A DNA stretch of 37,138 nucleotides. Source: Trypethelium eluteriae. Lineage: Eukaryota. The first letter of the stretch is position 1, and each line of letters begins with the position of its first letter. A program made the position numbers and the translations under genes. Shown in pieces: positions 23,245 to 35,805 of this stretch. A model generated the notes under the pieces. The model worked only from the letters and a program-made list of their open reading frames with translations. It was not told where the DNA came from and did no database searches. The stretch covers positions 1-37,138 of the forward strand of contig JAVECL010000196.1 in the NCBI GenBank assembly GCA_051942245.1. The letters are read 5' to 3'.

Positions 23245-23923
23245 ATGTCATCCCCCATCGAACCGCCTTCGGCAATGCCGACTGTTGCAGAGCCTCTTGC
23301 CAGTCCTTCTCCATCGACATCCTCTTCGGCATCCTCCGTTAATGAAGACGCTCCGTCGAAAAATATGTCAGTGACAGATTCAACAAAACTAGAGCGCCCA
23401 AAACTGGGTACTCGAAAATCCTCCGGGACGATGGTCATTCCAAGGGACAGCCCTCATGTCGAGATTGAGGAGGAAGAGTACGATGAGAATGATGCTCGGT
23501 GCATGAGTCCAAGACGGACCACGGAAGAAATCGAGAGGCTCGAGAAAGATGCGCATGATTCCCTCATAGAGTAAGCTACCACACTCTGTCAACTCATGCC
23601 TTTGATCATGTAGTCACGATTGCTCTGCCATACTCACCTTCCCTTCCATCGGGCTAACTCCATGTGGTTACTGCAGGCAAGCCAAGATACTGCAAGCCAG
23701 TCTGATAGCTATTGTCAACAAAGTCGAGGCGGTCAAATCAGAACATGAAAAACTTGAGGGTGGAAACAAGTTCTTGCAATCGTGAGTCTTATCGCGTGAA
23801 ACGGTATACCTTTCTGGTTTCTGACAACTGCTATTTAGATATATTGGCGAACTCATGCAAACGACCAAGATCACGTCTACCGGCCCTCCCAAAAGCAAAG
23901 GCAAGAGTCGGGGCACCAAATGA
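23245..23923 (+). CDS. Short coiled-coil protein (SCOC/UNC-69/Slo1-like; often annotated bZIP-like in fungi)
   Basis: Exons 23245-23570, 23677-23781, 23839-23923. MSPRR...LQASLIAIVNKVEAVKSEHEKLEGGNKFLQSYIGELMQT resembles the SCOC coiled-coil core. Confidence 0.8.
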
Positions 23924-25788
23924 CTAGAAACGTACCCCTACAAACGGATCCGCCTTGCGTATTGAATAATTTAATCTTCCCGGTACATAATTTTTCCAGA
24001 GGGACACGAAACTCGAATAACCTGCACTACCACCAGCCTCGAGCGATTCAGTTCGACTTGATATCCATTATTAGCGAGAGCGATCACGGCGTCCGGAGAA
24101 TGTTTTTATCCTAATGACTCCCAGAACCATCTGGAAATTTTTTACGACCAGTGCCAGGCTAAATACATGGTCCACCTGTGAATTCAATGGTCTCTCAACC
24201 TTGACTGCTGTATTTTACAATGGTCTCCTAAGGAGATGGGGCGTAGAAGGTCTGCGCTGTCTGCAGAGCTTTCTGCACAGCGAAATGGCGAAAGAGGTGC
24301 ATTTGCATATACCGGCATAGGGAACAGAAGGGAATTCTCACGAGAAGGCGGCGGGGAAATTCTATCAGCGATTCGGTCTGCTGGATGGTGTCTCGTGCTC
24401 TGCATGATTTTGCATTGAGCATGATTCCCAATTTTTCAATTCAATCTTTCAATGTGTACACGCCTTCACTCATGCTTGAACGTCAATAAGCAAACGGCGT
24501 AGCATAGCCTAGCCTCATCCGAAAAGGACAAACCAACTATTTCAAAACGTGTCACAAACTTCAACTTGACCCATCCTGATACACATCATAAAGTCGCTTA
24601 TTGAATCGAGATGACTCTTGAGCTACCGTGCGATCTCTAGCTACCATCGTTTTCCATGTTGTGGAAATGGTAATTAGGCGGTTGGTATGTATATCCCAAC
24701 CTCCGAACAACCCGCTTTTAGCACCTTGCATATCGCTCATCCCCGGTTGACCCACTCTTCTCCACTAGTCATAGCCTAACCCCTTTATTCCTAAAGCTTG
24801 CTTCACGGATACCATTTTCGTGCGCAATTTCGGCTTCGACCCGATGCTAACATCATTTGCTGAACATGGAGACCGTTACGCAGAATTTGGACCACTAGCA
24901 CAACCATCACATCTGGCGGGTTTGCTCGCCAAACCTAAGAACGTTAATAGGTGCACGTTACCCAGGTCGTATCACTTCTTGCCGGACTGAAAGAGGGGGC
25001 TACAGTCACGGACCACTGCGCTAAATAGCTAGGCAGCTACTCAGGTACGAGGCGAGTGCTTCCTGTTGATCACTATTAAGTTTTACTCTGGCGAGTTCTG
25101 TTGTTTCATCTACGCCTTACCAAATGGGAAAGCCGGTGCCGAAGCGTTGATCAATAACCTGCAAACCTGTTGTTGCTGGAAAAAGTACCGTTTCTCCACC
25201 GAGGTGTCGAACATGCTGGTGACCTGTCTTTGTTGCTTTTTGCCGGATCGATGGAGGCGAGAGTGGCAATGCGAAACAAGAAAGCAATTGGTGTTTCGTG
25301 CAGGAGGACCTTACATACGCGGGTGTGTTTGGGAGCTTGTTGGAGAAGAAGATGCTGTATGAGGCGAAGATAGGAGAGACATGAGGAAACAATTGTGAAA
25401 TCATGTTTTGGGTACAATATGCTATCCCTCTCTTCTAGTTCTGAACTACTCCGCTTCATTTCCTGTGCGTCCCAGTAAAATATGATGCCAGCATTGCAAG
25501 GGATCGAAATGTGTATGGGCCAATAGTGGTACGAGTAGGTGCTACTGTCTTCGGCCACACATTTTACATTCCATGGGGCAAGTAGCCAAAATGCTTGTGG
25601 CAATTATTAATAGAAATACAATCTCTGGAACCTGATCCTCATGAACTTAAACCCAGTACGTTGTGTTTTCAACGCGCTCCGGTGAATTTTTTTTTACCAT
25701 GATGCGTAAGGTACGAGGGTGATGACGTAGGGCGGATTAAGTAGGGGTCAACAGGAAGACGAACTTCTTAAATGGTTCTATCCCAAAC

Positions 25789-27922
25789 CTAATCTATCTC
25801 CTCGAAACTATCGTCTTCATCGAATATCTCTTCGGGTATCTCAACGCTCACAAAATTTTCATCCGCCCTGGGAACATAGTTCAAATGTGTTGCAGCTGAC
25901 AGAAATACCTTCAGCACTCCTGTGGCTTGCTCAGAACTGACCATCCGGAGAAGACTCTTGGTCAGATGCTTGATCTCTGCGCCCCAAGTCATATCGTACC
26001 AGTCAAGTCCATCTAAGATGATGAAAATCGCTTTGTGACACAACTGTAGCTGATTTAGGATGTTACCTATCACTTTCAAATGTGTCGAAAAGGAAAGTTT
26101 GCGGAGTCCGGATACGTCGGCAGGATTCAAGGAGAGATACGGGTAACCGCTTGCATCTTGAGTCCAATCAACTCCGTCCAGACTCAGTATCTGAGCCAGA
26201 AGTGCTCTGACCATGGTCAATGGACCACTGGAATCGTCAGAGTCCTGAAGTTGTCCGCCACCGTGTAAACCACAGAAAAACTGGAGTACAAGAACCTCGC
26301 CGCTTTCGAGTAGCTTTGCTTCTAGAAGCACTGATAAAAAGGACGCTGGAGTAATAGGCTCGAGTTCGCCATTGCCTTGAATATAGATCATACCCGAGTC
26401 ACTTGAACTCACCCAATTGCGGAATCCAGATGTTTCCGCTATCCACTTAGAACGAGTCTGGAACTGCGGCTCTTCATTCAATCCGAAATTTCGAACGTCG
26501 CCTCCGTCGCTTATATGGTCATTGCAGTCAAGCACCAGATCTAACGTGTCTGCCAAGGATTCTGGCGTCCAGGATATCTCACCGATCTGTTTCTTGAGCG
26601 CGTCAATCTCCCGATCTGCTCCGTATGGCGTTAACACAAAATTTACTGTTCTTAGTCGATCTCTTTCCTTACCCTTTTCTTTTGTAGTCTGAAGCAAAGC
26701 CTCCTTTAGTCTTTCCACTTCGCTCTGCCCTTCAAGATCCGTCAGCAGTAAGTCTAATCCCTTCAGTCTCGCATCGGCCACTCACATTTTGCATTCTTTG
26801 TCTGGTCGCCTAATATCTCCTGTAACTTATTCATTATACGTGCTTCCAACGTACTGACTCTTCTAATCATCCCTTGTCCAATTTCTTGCGCCCCTTTCTT
26901 CGCATCTTCCACTTGAACACTCAGCTTCTCTATGCCAGAACGCGAATCTCGGACAATTTCTTTCGTTTCGAGAACAGTTCCATGTACCATTTCTAATCGC
27001 CAATGCAGAAATTTGGCCACAGCGGCTTGAAATAGCGTTCTTGACTTTCTGATGTTGAGGATGTAGCGATCGATGGCTTGGCCATAGTTCTCGTTCTTGA
27101 GTAGACTTTCTCGCACATGTCCTGCGAATAATTAGGGTTCACGCACAGAGATGCATAGCCGAGAAGGCTTCGAACTTGCAGTTCCTTGCATATACCACTT
27201 AACGAACTCTTCAAAAGTGGAGAGAAGATCGATATAAAGCTCCTCAACGCGGAACCTCAATTCGTTTTGACCGGGATATATGCTTGAGTATTCCTCACAA
27301 TTACCGATATCTTCAGGGAGCTCTTCCATTACTTCGGCAATCTTCTCGCGAATATCGGAGTGGCGCATCATTGCCTAAGACTGGGTTAGAAGAGTCTCTC
27401 CTGTCTACGCATTGTTCGTCATACGGAAAGTATCAGTGTCAGGCCACCACACAATGTCTTATAGTTGCCATCCGGCAGAAGGCCAACAAAGGACTGGAGA
27501 GACTTCCCATTGCTGCCGATCTTCCTGAACATTGCTCGAATCTTCCCCGAGACCGAGTCTTTCTTCAGATATTTTCCTTCGGCCGATTTCACGATCTCGT
27601 CTACCTCGTTCCAGTTGTGCGCACCCTCAAAGCTGAATTTGCCGATTTCGACTTCACTGCCCTTCCTTTTTTGCAATTCCTTGACGGCTTTGGTAAAACT
27701 TGAAGTAGTTCTGGCTAGCTGGAGCTCATTTTCTCTCGACAATACCAACGAATCGAAAGGGAGTCTGTGCTGGTCCGGTTCTAGTGGATTTGGAACAAAA
27801 TGCTGTCTCTCCACGTCAAACGTGACGTTGGTATTTTTGTAATGATACTGTCGATTCTGCAAATAGTCCACTTCGAGTGGTTGCTCCGATGGCAATGGAA
27901 TCTCTTGTCGAGAGGCCGACAT
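25789..27922 (-). CDS. NLR/STAND-like protein: helical N-terminal domain (Goodbye-like) plus NACHT-like domain with degenerate P-loop, no C-terminal repeats (~657 aa)
   Basis: Exons 27922-27425, 27374-27176, 27121-26786, 26729-25789 join in frame. N-term LLPDGNYKTLCGGLTLIL; FRNWVSSSDSGMIYIQGN (pre-Walker A context but no GKS/T), VLQFFCGLH, MVRALLAQIL, Walker B IFIILDGLD, LKVFLS. Confidence 0.75.
25918..25972. repeat. Copy B of the 55-bp dispersed direct repeat (partner at 19561-19615)
   Basis: tcctgtggcttgctcagaactgaccatccggagaagactcttggtcagatgcttg. Confidence 0.85.
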
Positions 27923-28807
27923 GGCGACCGCCAGCTCTACTTCAACACTACAGATACATTCGCATTCACGAGGTTAGAGACTGTGAGGGATATCTCTCGG
28001 CAGGAGATCGGTGAGCCAGCTACGGTTTGGATTAATGCGACGCAAGGCTGGACTCTCCCATCTCGCTTTTCATGGTCGCATGCGTTCAGCTCGATACTGC
28101 ATGGGTGGTAGTGCTCCCCTTAGCGTCACAGCCTTGCACTACGAACCGCGAAATGCATCCAATCCTCAGCTTGGTCCATTAGTCATACCATCAACGACTC
28201 ATGACGACCAACTGGAATAGTGGCGGCCCAAGCGTCGCATTTGGGGCCAAAACCTTCAGCTTGCTCTCTGCCTTTCGGGACGAGAGCTAAACATTGATAA
28301 GCCCCTCCCCATTGCGCGGTACCAAATTGCAAGTCTAGACGTTCTGCATGGCTTCATTTCCCCAGTTGTAGCAATACACTCCACATGGATGACTTATCGA
28401 GTAATACTCGAGGGAATGCGACAGTGGTTTTTTACCACATCTGGAACGCCAACGAAAGCAACAGCGACCCGTAATTTTTGGTATAGCCATGCACACTCAT
28501 CCATTAGTGGCTTCGGGATCCGTGCAACATGCGTTTCGAAACCCCGGTCAACGGTGCGTCTACACGTTTATTGGATCCTTTCTCGATCTGGCTTGTGTTT
28601 AGCGTATCAGCACACGCTGCATTCAGAATAATACTCCATGCAATACCGAGGTTGTTGCATACGAGTTCGACTGTGTAATAAATGAGGCTGCAGCCTTATT
28701 TGGCCCTCGCACTTCGAGGTTTGTCACTAGATCCACTGCATCTCTTCCTATCCGCGAAGCTGCCTACCGTTGACGTTTGTTTCCTTCCTTGATTTCTACT
28801 GGCGACC

Positions 28808-31800
28808 ATGTCTTCGGACGAAAATTCAAGAAGTTCCGCAATGAACCTCACGAGCGATGACAGTGTCGATGCAATGACAGGTCTACCCACCTTACTGAGC
28901 ATCCGGATATAACCTGCTAATGTAAGGTCTAGAGACGCGGCCGCTCAATGGCGATGGAAAGGAGTCGCGAGAAAAGCCTCAAGAGAAAGAAGTCCCCAGT
29001 GATCCAAATTCCCAGCGCCATGACAGTTCTTCACAAGAAGAGGTTGAAAACATAACCTCTCATCAGATCTTGAAACCTAAAGCGAATGAAGATCCACAGC
29101 TCTTGACGAAACCAGAGGATGCACCATCGGGAGATGAGAAGTCCGGTAAGGGAGAGCTAAATTATGACAAGGGCGAAAATGACGCGTCAGGAGATGAAGA
29201 GTCAGAGCTCGGCGATCTTAGCGATGGTGACAGCGTGGATGACTTGCATGAAGCGCTCAGAATGAAATTTGAGGACATAGAGTCGAGAAAAAAGCTTGTA
29301 TCAAAACGAAGTAAACAGCACCGACAATACCTCAACATCATGGAAGAAAGGGTCTTGCTTTTGGAGGAGAGATGTGATTGGCTGGATAAACGTGCAAAGA
29401 AGCCTGGTTTCGATGGCGATTCGGTGGATGACCCCTCTGAAGGAAAGAAAAGGGCCCTTAAAATGACTTTGAACCCCCAATTTTGGGAAGAATTTAAGGA
29501 GAGTTCAATGGGTGAAAGTCCGTATGTCATCGATGTTTTGATGGGGGAGCCGAAGCATCCGGATGCGAATGCCGATGAGCCATGGCGACAAATTTCCTTG
29601 CTAAGGTACTTCAATATGGAGGAATTGCGTGAGCAGGAACAATTATTAAAGGGCCGCTCAGATACCGAGAAGAGATCGGAACTCACCAAAGAAGTCGAAA
29701 ACATCCGAGGTAATCGCATGCCGGAACGGATTCGATTTAATAGCTGTGGCCTACAACACCTTCTTCGGCAGTATTTTCATTCGAGCTCCACTTCACTGAG
29801 AGTCTGCATTAATCCAGGGTTGATCATGTTACGCCCCTTCAAGGCTTTGACACATTTTGAAGATCAAATCAGAACGCTACAGCAGAATCTGTTCGGGATC
29901 CTAGATAGGTTAAAGTTGACCGGGAATACGCAGTCAAGTGCACATACAAATCAGGGCGATGAACATAGAGACGAATCAAAAAGTGAAGAAAGCGAGCGTC
30001 ATCCAGATCCCAATCTTCCAATAGCTATGGGCGAAGAAGAATGGTCCTCCGTCCTTAAAGATCTGGGGCTCTTTCATAGCGACGAATGCTGTAAAATCAT
30101 TGCTCCAGAGTGGCCAACTGATCAAGAAGCTAGAAAGACTTTTGAGTGTCTCCTTCAATTCATGGATCTATATCTGAAGCCGGTAACGTCGCAACTCCGA
30201 AGGCGTGATGTCACGAAAGTTCGATTCTCCGATTTGTGGCATCTCTTCAGAGCTGGCGACGAGATCATCACCAGCGAGCCGACGAAGAACCAGGATGTCC
30301 TCGCGATGAGGGTGATGAGGACGAACGGAGGTCGACGCAATATTCATCCAGGAGTCTCACCTTCCTTCGACTCCACTCCTTTGCCGGACCCAGAAGATCG
30401 AGTCAGACCGGTGGACAAGATCAACCCCTTCTGCATTCACGCACATTATCTAGACTTCGACGGAACATCACTGACTCCTGTACGCAGGCGATTCATTATC
30501 TATCCCTATGCAGGGGAACGTGCTATCACTGAGCTCGATGTGTATCCTATAGAATACGCTCTCAAGGTCGAACCTCAATTGAAGAATACATTGATCAAAC
30601 GGGGAAGGAACTTCATCAAATATGTGATGTCGAGCTCCTTGTCATATTGTGACTGTAAGGGAAAAGAGCTGACCACAAAAGAGGATTTGAACGACAAAGT
30701 GATCGTCGATATGAAGGAATACTACAAGAGTCATGTACCTCCTCGGTTTACTGAACCTGAAGCTTTGGATATGTCCGAGACGAGCGACTGCACTCGCGGA
30801 CTAGACTGCACACTCGGTGCAGACTGCTACCATGGTTCAACAGAGTCGTTCATTCAGGACCAGCATACCGACAAAACCGCAATGAAGGACTACCTCAATC
30901 AACATCAAATTTTCAAGGAATCGTCTGAGAAAGCTCAAGGCTCCCCCTCGTACTGGACCGATGATGAGGCTGCTCTTTGTAACTATCGGCTTTTTGCATA
31001 CAAGCTTCGATCACGGGAGTGGGGTACGTATTTCTTGGTGTGTTGGGAATCAGTAGTCTCTGACCAAGGACAGTCGAAACCCACGTTGACAGCCTTCACG
31101 ACGTGACACTCACTGATGACGGCAAAGGCTTCGAGCGCCTAGTCCTTCCTGCTGCGCATAAGCATATCATCAAATCGCAGGTCAAGGAGCATTTCAGAAA
31201 GAAACAACTGTACACACCAGCTGCACAAGACGATCTCGACTTAGTGCGCGGGAAAGGACAGGGGCTTATCATTCTATTACACGGTACAACCAGATAATCG
31301 TGTAGATATACATGCAACTAACGATGTCCAGGCGCACCGGGGGTTGGCAAAACCTGTACCGCTGAAACGATTGCGGATCTCGTCTGGAAGCCCTTGTACC
31401 CAATCACATGCGGAGACTTAGGAAGTACCGCCCGCGAAGTTGAGCAAAATCTCAAGCAGCATTTCACATTAGCTAGCAGATGGGACTGTGTGATGCTCCT
31501 GGATGAAGCCGACGTGTTCCTGGCCAAGCGGAAAACCGAGGATTTGGATCGTAACAGCATCGTCTCCGTCTTTCTCCGGATCATGGAGTACTACAAAGGC
31601 CTGCTCTTCTTGACCACAAATCGAATAGGGACCTTTGATGAAGCATTCATGTCTAGAGTTCATATCTCATTGTTCTGTAGGTTCAATCTTGAGTATGGGT
31701 CGCCAACGTGATCACGGCATACTGACGTCAGACCACCTAGATAAAAATTTTGACAAGAAAACGACAGTTAAAGTGTGGAAGACGTTCATTGCCCAGACGG

Positions 31801-32348
31801 AAGAAGTCATCAAAAAGAATAATTGGACCCACTTCGAGCTCAAATCAGAAGAGATCAAAAAATTTGCCAAGGAGCACTGGGAAGAGAATCCTGATGCAAG
31901 ATGGAATGGCAGGCAAATCCGGAATGCCTTCCACACTGCCATTGCCATGGCGGAGTTTGATGCCCAAGGAGAATCGACGGCTGGGATGATGGGTCCTAAC
32001 CAACTTCCTTCTAAGGTTGTACTCGGACGCGATCAATTTGCAAAGATCGCTTCCACTGTCAGGGATTTCGACCAGTACATGAAGGAAACCATGGGTGCGT
32101 CTTATGTGCAAAAGGCGGGAAAGGAAAGGATCAGAAAGTCTGAACAGCGAGGGGATACCAGATTTGGAGGACAGTCAGACAAAGCGAAGCAGAGTTCCAA
32201 GCAGGGTAAGAAGTCAAGGCCTGACTCGGAAGAGGAATCTTCTGAAACCTCTTCAGAAGAGCGATCCAAGAAGAAGAAATCTTCGGAGCGATCTAAGAAA
32301 AGGGCTAAAGAGTATGAAAGTGAGAGCTCACCTTCTGACTCGGAATGA
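28808..32348 (+). CDS. Large fungal AAA+ ATPase with long N-terminal domain and charged C-terminal tail (~1100 aa)
   Basis: Exons 28808-28880, 28933-31023, 31074-31283, 31332-31676, 31741-32348. DLVRGKGQGLIILLH|GAPGVGKT (Walker A), LLDEADVFL (Walker B), FLTTNRIGTFDEAFMSR, WNGRQIRNAF; N-terminal FSDLWHLFRAG..LDFDG..Y.GE..ITELDVYP. The start exon is less certain. Confidence 0.9.
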
Positions 32349-33601
32349 TGATTGACCCACTTATGGGTTATTTACTATGCCGTGTTCTAGAATAGATCGG
32401 TTGATTGTCCCCGGTTGAGTGATACAGTAATTTAGAAAATTTACTGTTCGGACGGTGCCACTTGCTCGGCCACTGAAAACAGTCCAACAGATGTGACGCT
32501 GTCGATGAAGACATTGCATTCTGCACTCGAGTGTGTCACGATGTAAGATCGTGACGAATACCCGGACTCAGCCGTGTCCAAGTATGCCTGTTTTTAACCT
32601 TTGTAGCCCGTCTGGAATCGTGCTCTTCGATAAGTAACATAGTGTCAAATGCTCCACCAGATCGATTGAGTCGAAACGTCTTTTTGTGGCAGTCCTCTAG
32701 CTCTGTCGATTGAATAATGAATACTTTGCCATCTCATAGTGTCATTTGACGCTTGGATTTCATGTCCTGAGGCCTGCTGGGTGTGCAAGGATACTACCAT
32801 ATACTACTCTAAGACGTTGATGCACCTCATTTGGCATTTTCTCGATTGCAAGTTATGTCAATTTCACGAAATAACGTCAATAAGATGAAAGATGTTTCTT
32901 TGAAGGGTTGCGGAGAAGCGTCTCGTGTGTCCCGTGGCTACTCCGCGCACATGCCAAGAGGCCATGAGAGGTATGAGGTCACCTCGCGATCGACTGCTCT
33001 AAGTCACGTGACTGGGAACAGAATGTGTGGGGCAATCCACAGGTTGAATAACACCCATTCTGTCTCCGAGTCGATTGCGCATGTGACAAAGTTAAGCGTC
33101 TCTTCATACTACTTATTATAGCTTATATAACGATATAATGATTGTACGCGAATTTGTTACTAGATGGATCATAGCACTTAGGATACGATACTGAGCCAGA
33201 ACACGATACTTTACTGGCAAACTCAAAATTGGGGAAGAATTTTTATTTTTTCAGGGAATGTTCATGAATTTAGTGGACTGATGTAAATCTAAAGCGCTAC
33301 TGCACAAAGTGGATTGGAGGATTGGGAAGAAAGTCTTTGCAAACCAGGGGCCATAGTCTTATCAATTGCTGCCTTAATTTCCCGCTCCGACCGACTCTCT
33401 CTGATATAGCGCAGACCAGCTCCAAATGGGGGGGGAAACAGGACAACATGTGGGAGGTAGTGAGACACACGCATTTCAACCAGTAAAGGAAACCACACTA
33501 TACGAACGCACTCGCCACGAGAGCGCCCGCCAGCCCAGCCTAACAGGTTGCATTTGTTTTTTTGCCGTTTTAGAGAATGACTTGGGTGAGAAGCACACCA
33601 T

Positions 33602-34643
33602 CTACTCAGCAGTTTTCGCCTCCTCGCCAGCAGCGGCACCTTCACTTGATTCGGCTGTCTTCTCAGCAGCAGCAGTGCCTTGCTCACCACCCGTTGGCTC
33701 GGCCTCGGATGAAGTCCAGAGGGTCTGAAAGATGTCAGCAGACGTCGTAGTACGCTTGCAGTATCGCTATATCATACCAGGTTGTCTCTCAAGAGTTGCA
33801 TGATCAACGTAGAGTCCTTGTAGCTCTCCTCGCTTAAAGTGTCAAGCTCTGTAGGAAATTAGCCTCTCAAATTCTAGACCAGCCGCGCACTCTACATACC
33901 AGCAATGGCATCATCGAATGCCTGCTTGGCAAGCTGGCAAGCCTGATCCGGGGAGTTGAGGATCTCATAGTAGAACACTGAGAAGTTGAGAGCGAGACCG
34001 AGGCGGATGGGATGCGTGGGAGCAAGGTCGGTGGTCGCAACCTCGGTGGCGGCCTTGTAAGCCTCAAGCGACTTATCGGCAGAAAGTTTGCGCTTATCGC
34101 TGAGGGCAAACTCGGCAAGATAACGGTGGTAATCACCCTTCCTATAGAAGCAATGCGATCAGCATGCCATTGTGACGTGGCCTCTGTGTCGGGGGGGGGG
34201 GAAAGCCATACATCTTGTGGTAAAAGACCTTGGACTCGCCGCTCTGAGCCGATGGGATTAAGTGCTTGTCGAGGACGTCAAGAATGTCCTCACAGATCTT
34301 GCCAAGCTCGGCCTCAATCTTCTGGCGGTATTCCTTGATCAATCCAACCTGAGTCTCGTTGCCCTTGGACTCCTCCTTTTGTTCGATGGAAGTGACGATT
34401 CTCCAGGATGCGCGTCGTGCCCCAATGACATTCTTGTAGGCGACCGATAAGAGATTTCGTTCCTCAACAGACAGCTCTTGATCCGCAGATGCAACCTGTT
34501 TCATGTTCTCCACCATTTCTGTTGTTGTACGTGATTAGACGCGTCCTCGTGCCTCGGTGGAATTAACCAATCTATTTCATACCTTCATAGCGCTCGGCTT
34601 GCTCGGCGAGCTTGGCCAGGTAAACGGAGTCTTCGTAACCCAT
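33602..34643 (-). CDS. 14-3-3 protein (Bmh/ArtA/Rad24-like)
   Basis: Exons 34643-34583, 34518-34212, 34141-33900, 33848-33778, 33724-33602. [75 protein letters not shown]. Confidence 0.98.
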
Positions 34644-34654
34644 TTTGACTGTGT

Positions 34655-35149
34655 CTGAAGAAATAGCAGTCATTAGCATATGCTCCAAAAGTGAGTAGCG
34701 ATTGAAGTGGTGGGATGGGTTCGGGTGAATAAAGGTTCCAGAAGGGTTTTTGAAACGGTCGTCCGAACGGCACAACAAAAATAGCACGCGACGCGCGATA
34801 AATCAAGAATAGCCGTGGCAGGAATGTATAGTGCCTTTAGAAGGTTCTGTGACTGATGAAAAGATGGATCGCCTGCTGTCGCGTGCCATGGCTTGCTAGC
34901 AAGCTGCAGGCTTTGTCGCTAATGGATAAGGAAGGGGCTATAGCGCAATCATGATGCGAAATGCGTGCTCAGGGTATTCGGAGTGACCAGGGTGTAAATT
35001 GAGGTATGAGATTCGAGTCGCAGATAGGCGCCCGATCGCTGGTCCAAGAGACTCAGGATGCCTGAGTGGAGCAAATACTTGCAGGCAGGAAACAGCGGAT
35101 TGGGGTTGCGAGTAGATGACGAAAACGCAGCCAAGCATGCGGCACTTAC
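34655..35149 (-). other. Probable 5'-UTR intron of the 14-3-3 gene
   Basis: Minus strand: GTAAGT donor at 35149; GCTAAT branch and TTCTTCAG acceptor ending at 34655, 11 nt before the ATG. Confidence 0.6.
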
Positions 35150-35805
35150 TTGTAGGCAGATACGATGGCAGCGAGAATTGGAGGCACCACGATGTGACAA
35201 AGCTGCTGGAAGAGAGGAAAGCGAAAGGGGGGATAGATGATCCGGTTGAGGACTTGGAGTGGGCTGGAGTGGAAGTCGTTGGGTTTTGGTGGAAGCAGGT
35301 GGAGGAACGGGCGAGATTGAGAGGTGAGGCTATGCGCCAATTAGGCGAGCGCATCAACAGACATCACGGCCCAGGATGTGACCGCTACCAGCATTGCAAG
35401 ACCCACAACACTCTCATTACCACCATTACCACCATTACCTGAGCCTGCTAGCCTCCAAGCCTGGAAATGACGCATCCATTCGACGCCGCACTTGACCCCG
35501 ACGCTGTCTCTCATTCTGCCATCTCCCATTTCGACATCGTACGTGTCGTGCAGCATTGCCTACATGCCAGGCCTGAAGAGATGACGTTGCTTGTGGAATT
35601 GCATGGAACTAAGCGCTGTACATTCAGTCTTTGCATCAATGAAGAAGCCTTGACCCGGCCCTGCGTGATAAGCTGTAGACGCATGAACCCCAGTAGCTCT
35701 CTATTGGACGTCCCAAATCAATATGCCTAGGTAATTAGGAGGCCTTTCAGGCCAGTCCTCGCGTACAACGAGTTTTGAAGGGGCATCTCGGCTTCTCCAA
35801 GTCTG

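Noticed and set aside
27174..27179. Apparent GC-AG donor (GCAAGT) in the NACHT-like gene
   Set aside because: Wrong phase; the overlapping GTTCGA donor at 27175 restores the frame.
32535..32555. GTCACGAT-gtaag-ATCGTGAC hairpin
   Set aside because: Isolated 8-bp stem with no tRNA cloverleaf or A/B boxes.
34655..35149. Possible intronic snoRNA in the 14-3-3 5'-UTR intron
   Set aside because: No sense-strand box C (RTGATGA) / box D pair found.
35416..35439. CATTACCAC tandem repeat (~2.7 copies)
   Set aside because: Ordinary short tandem repeat; no spacer structure, not CRISPR-like.
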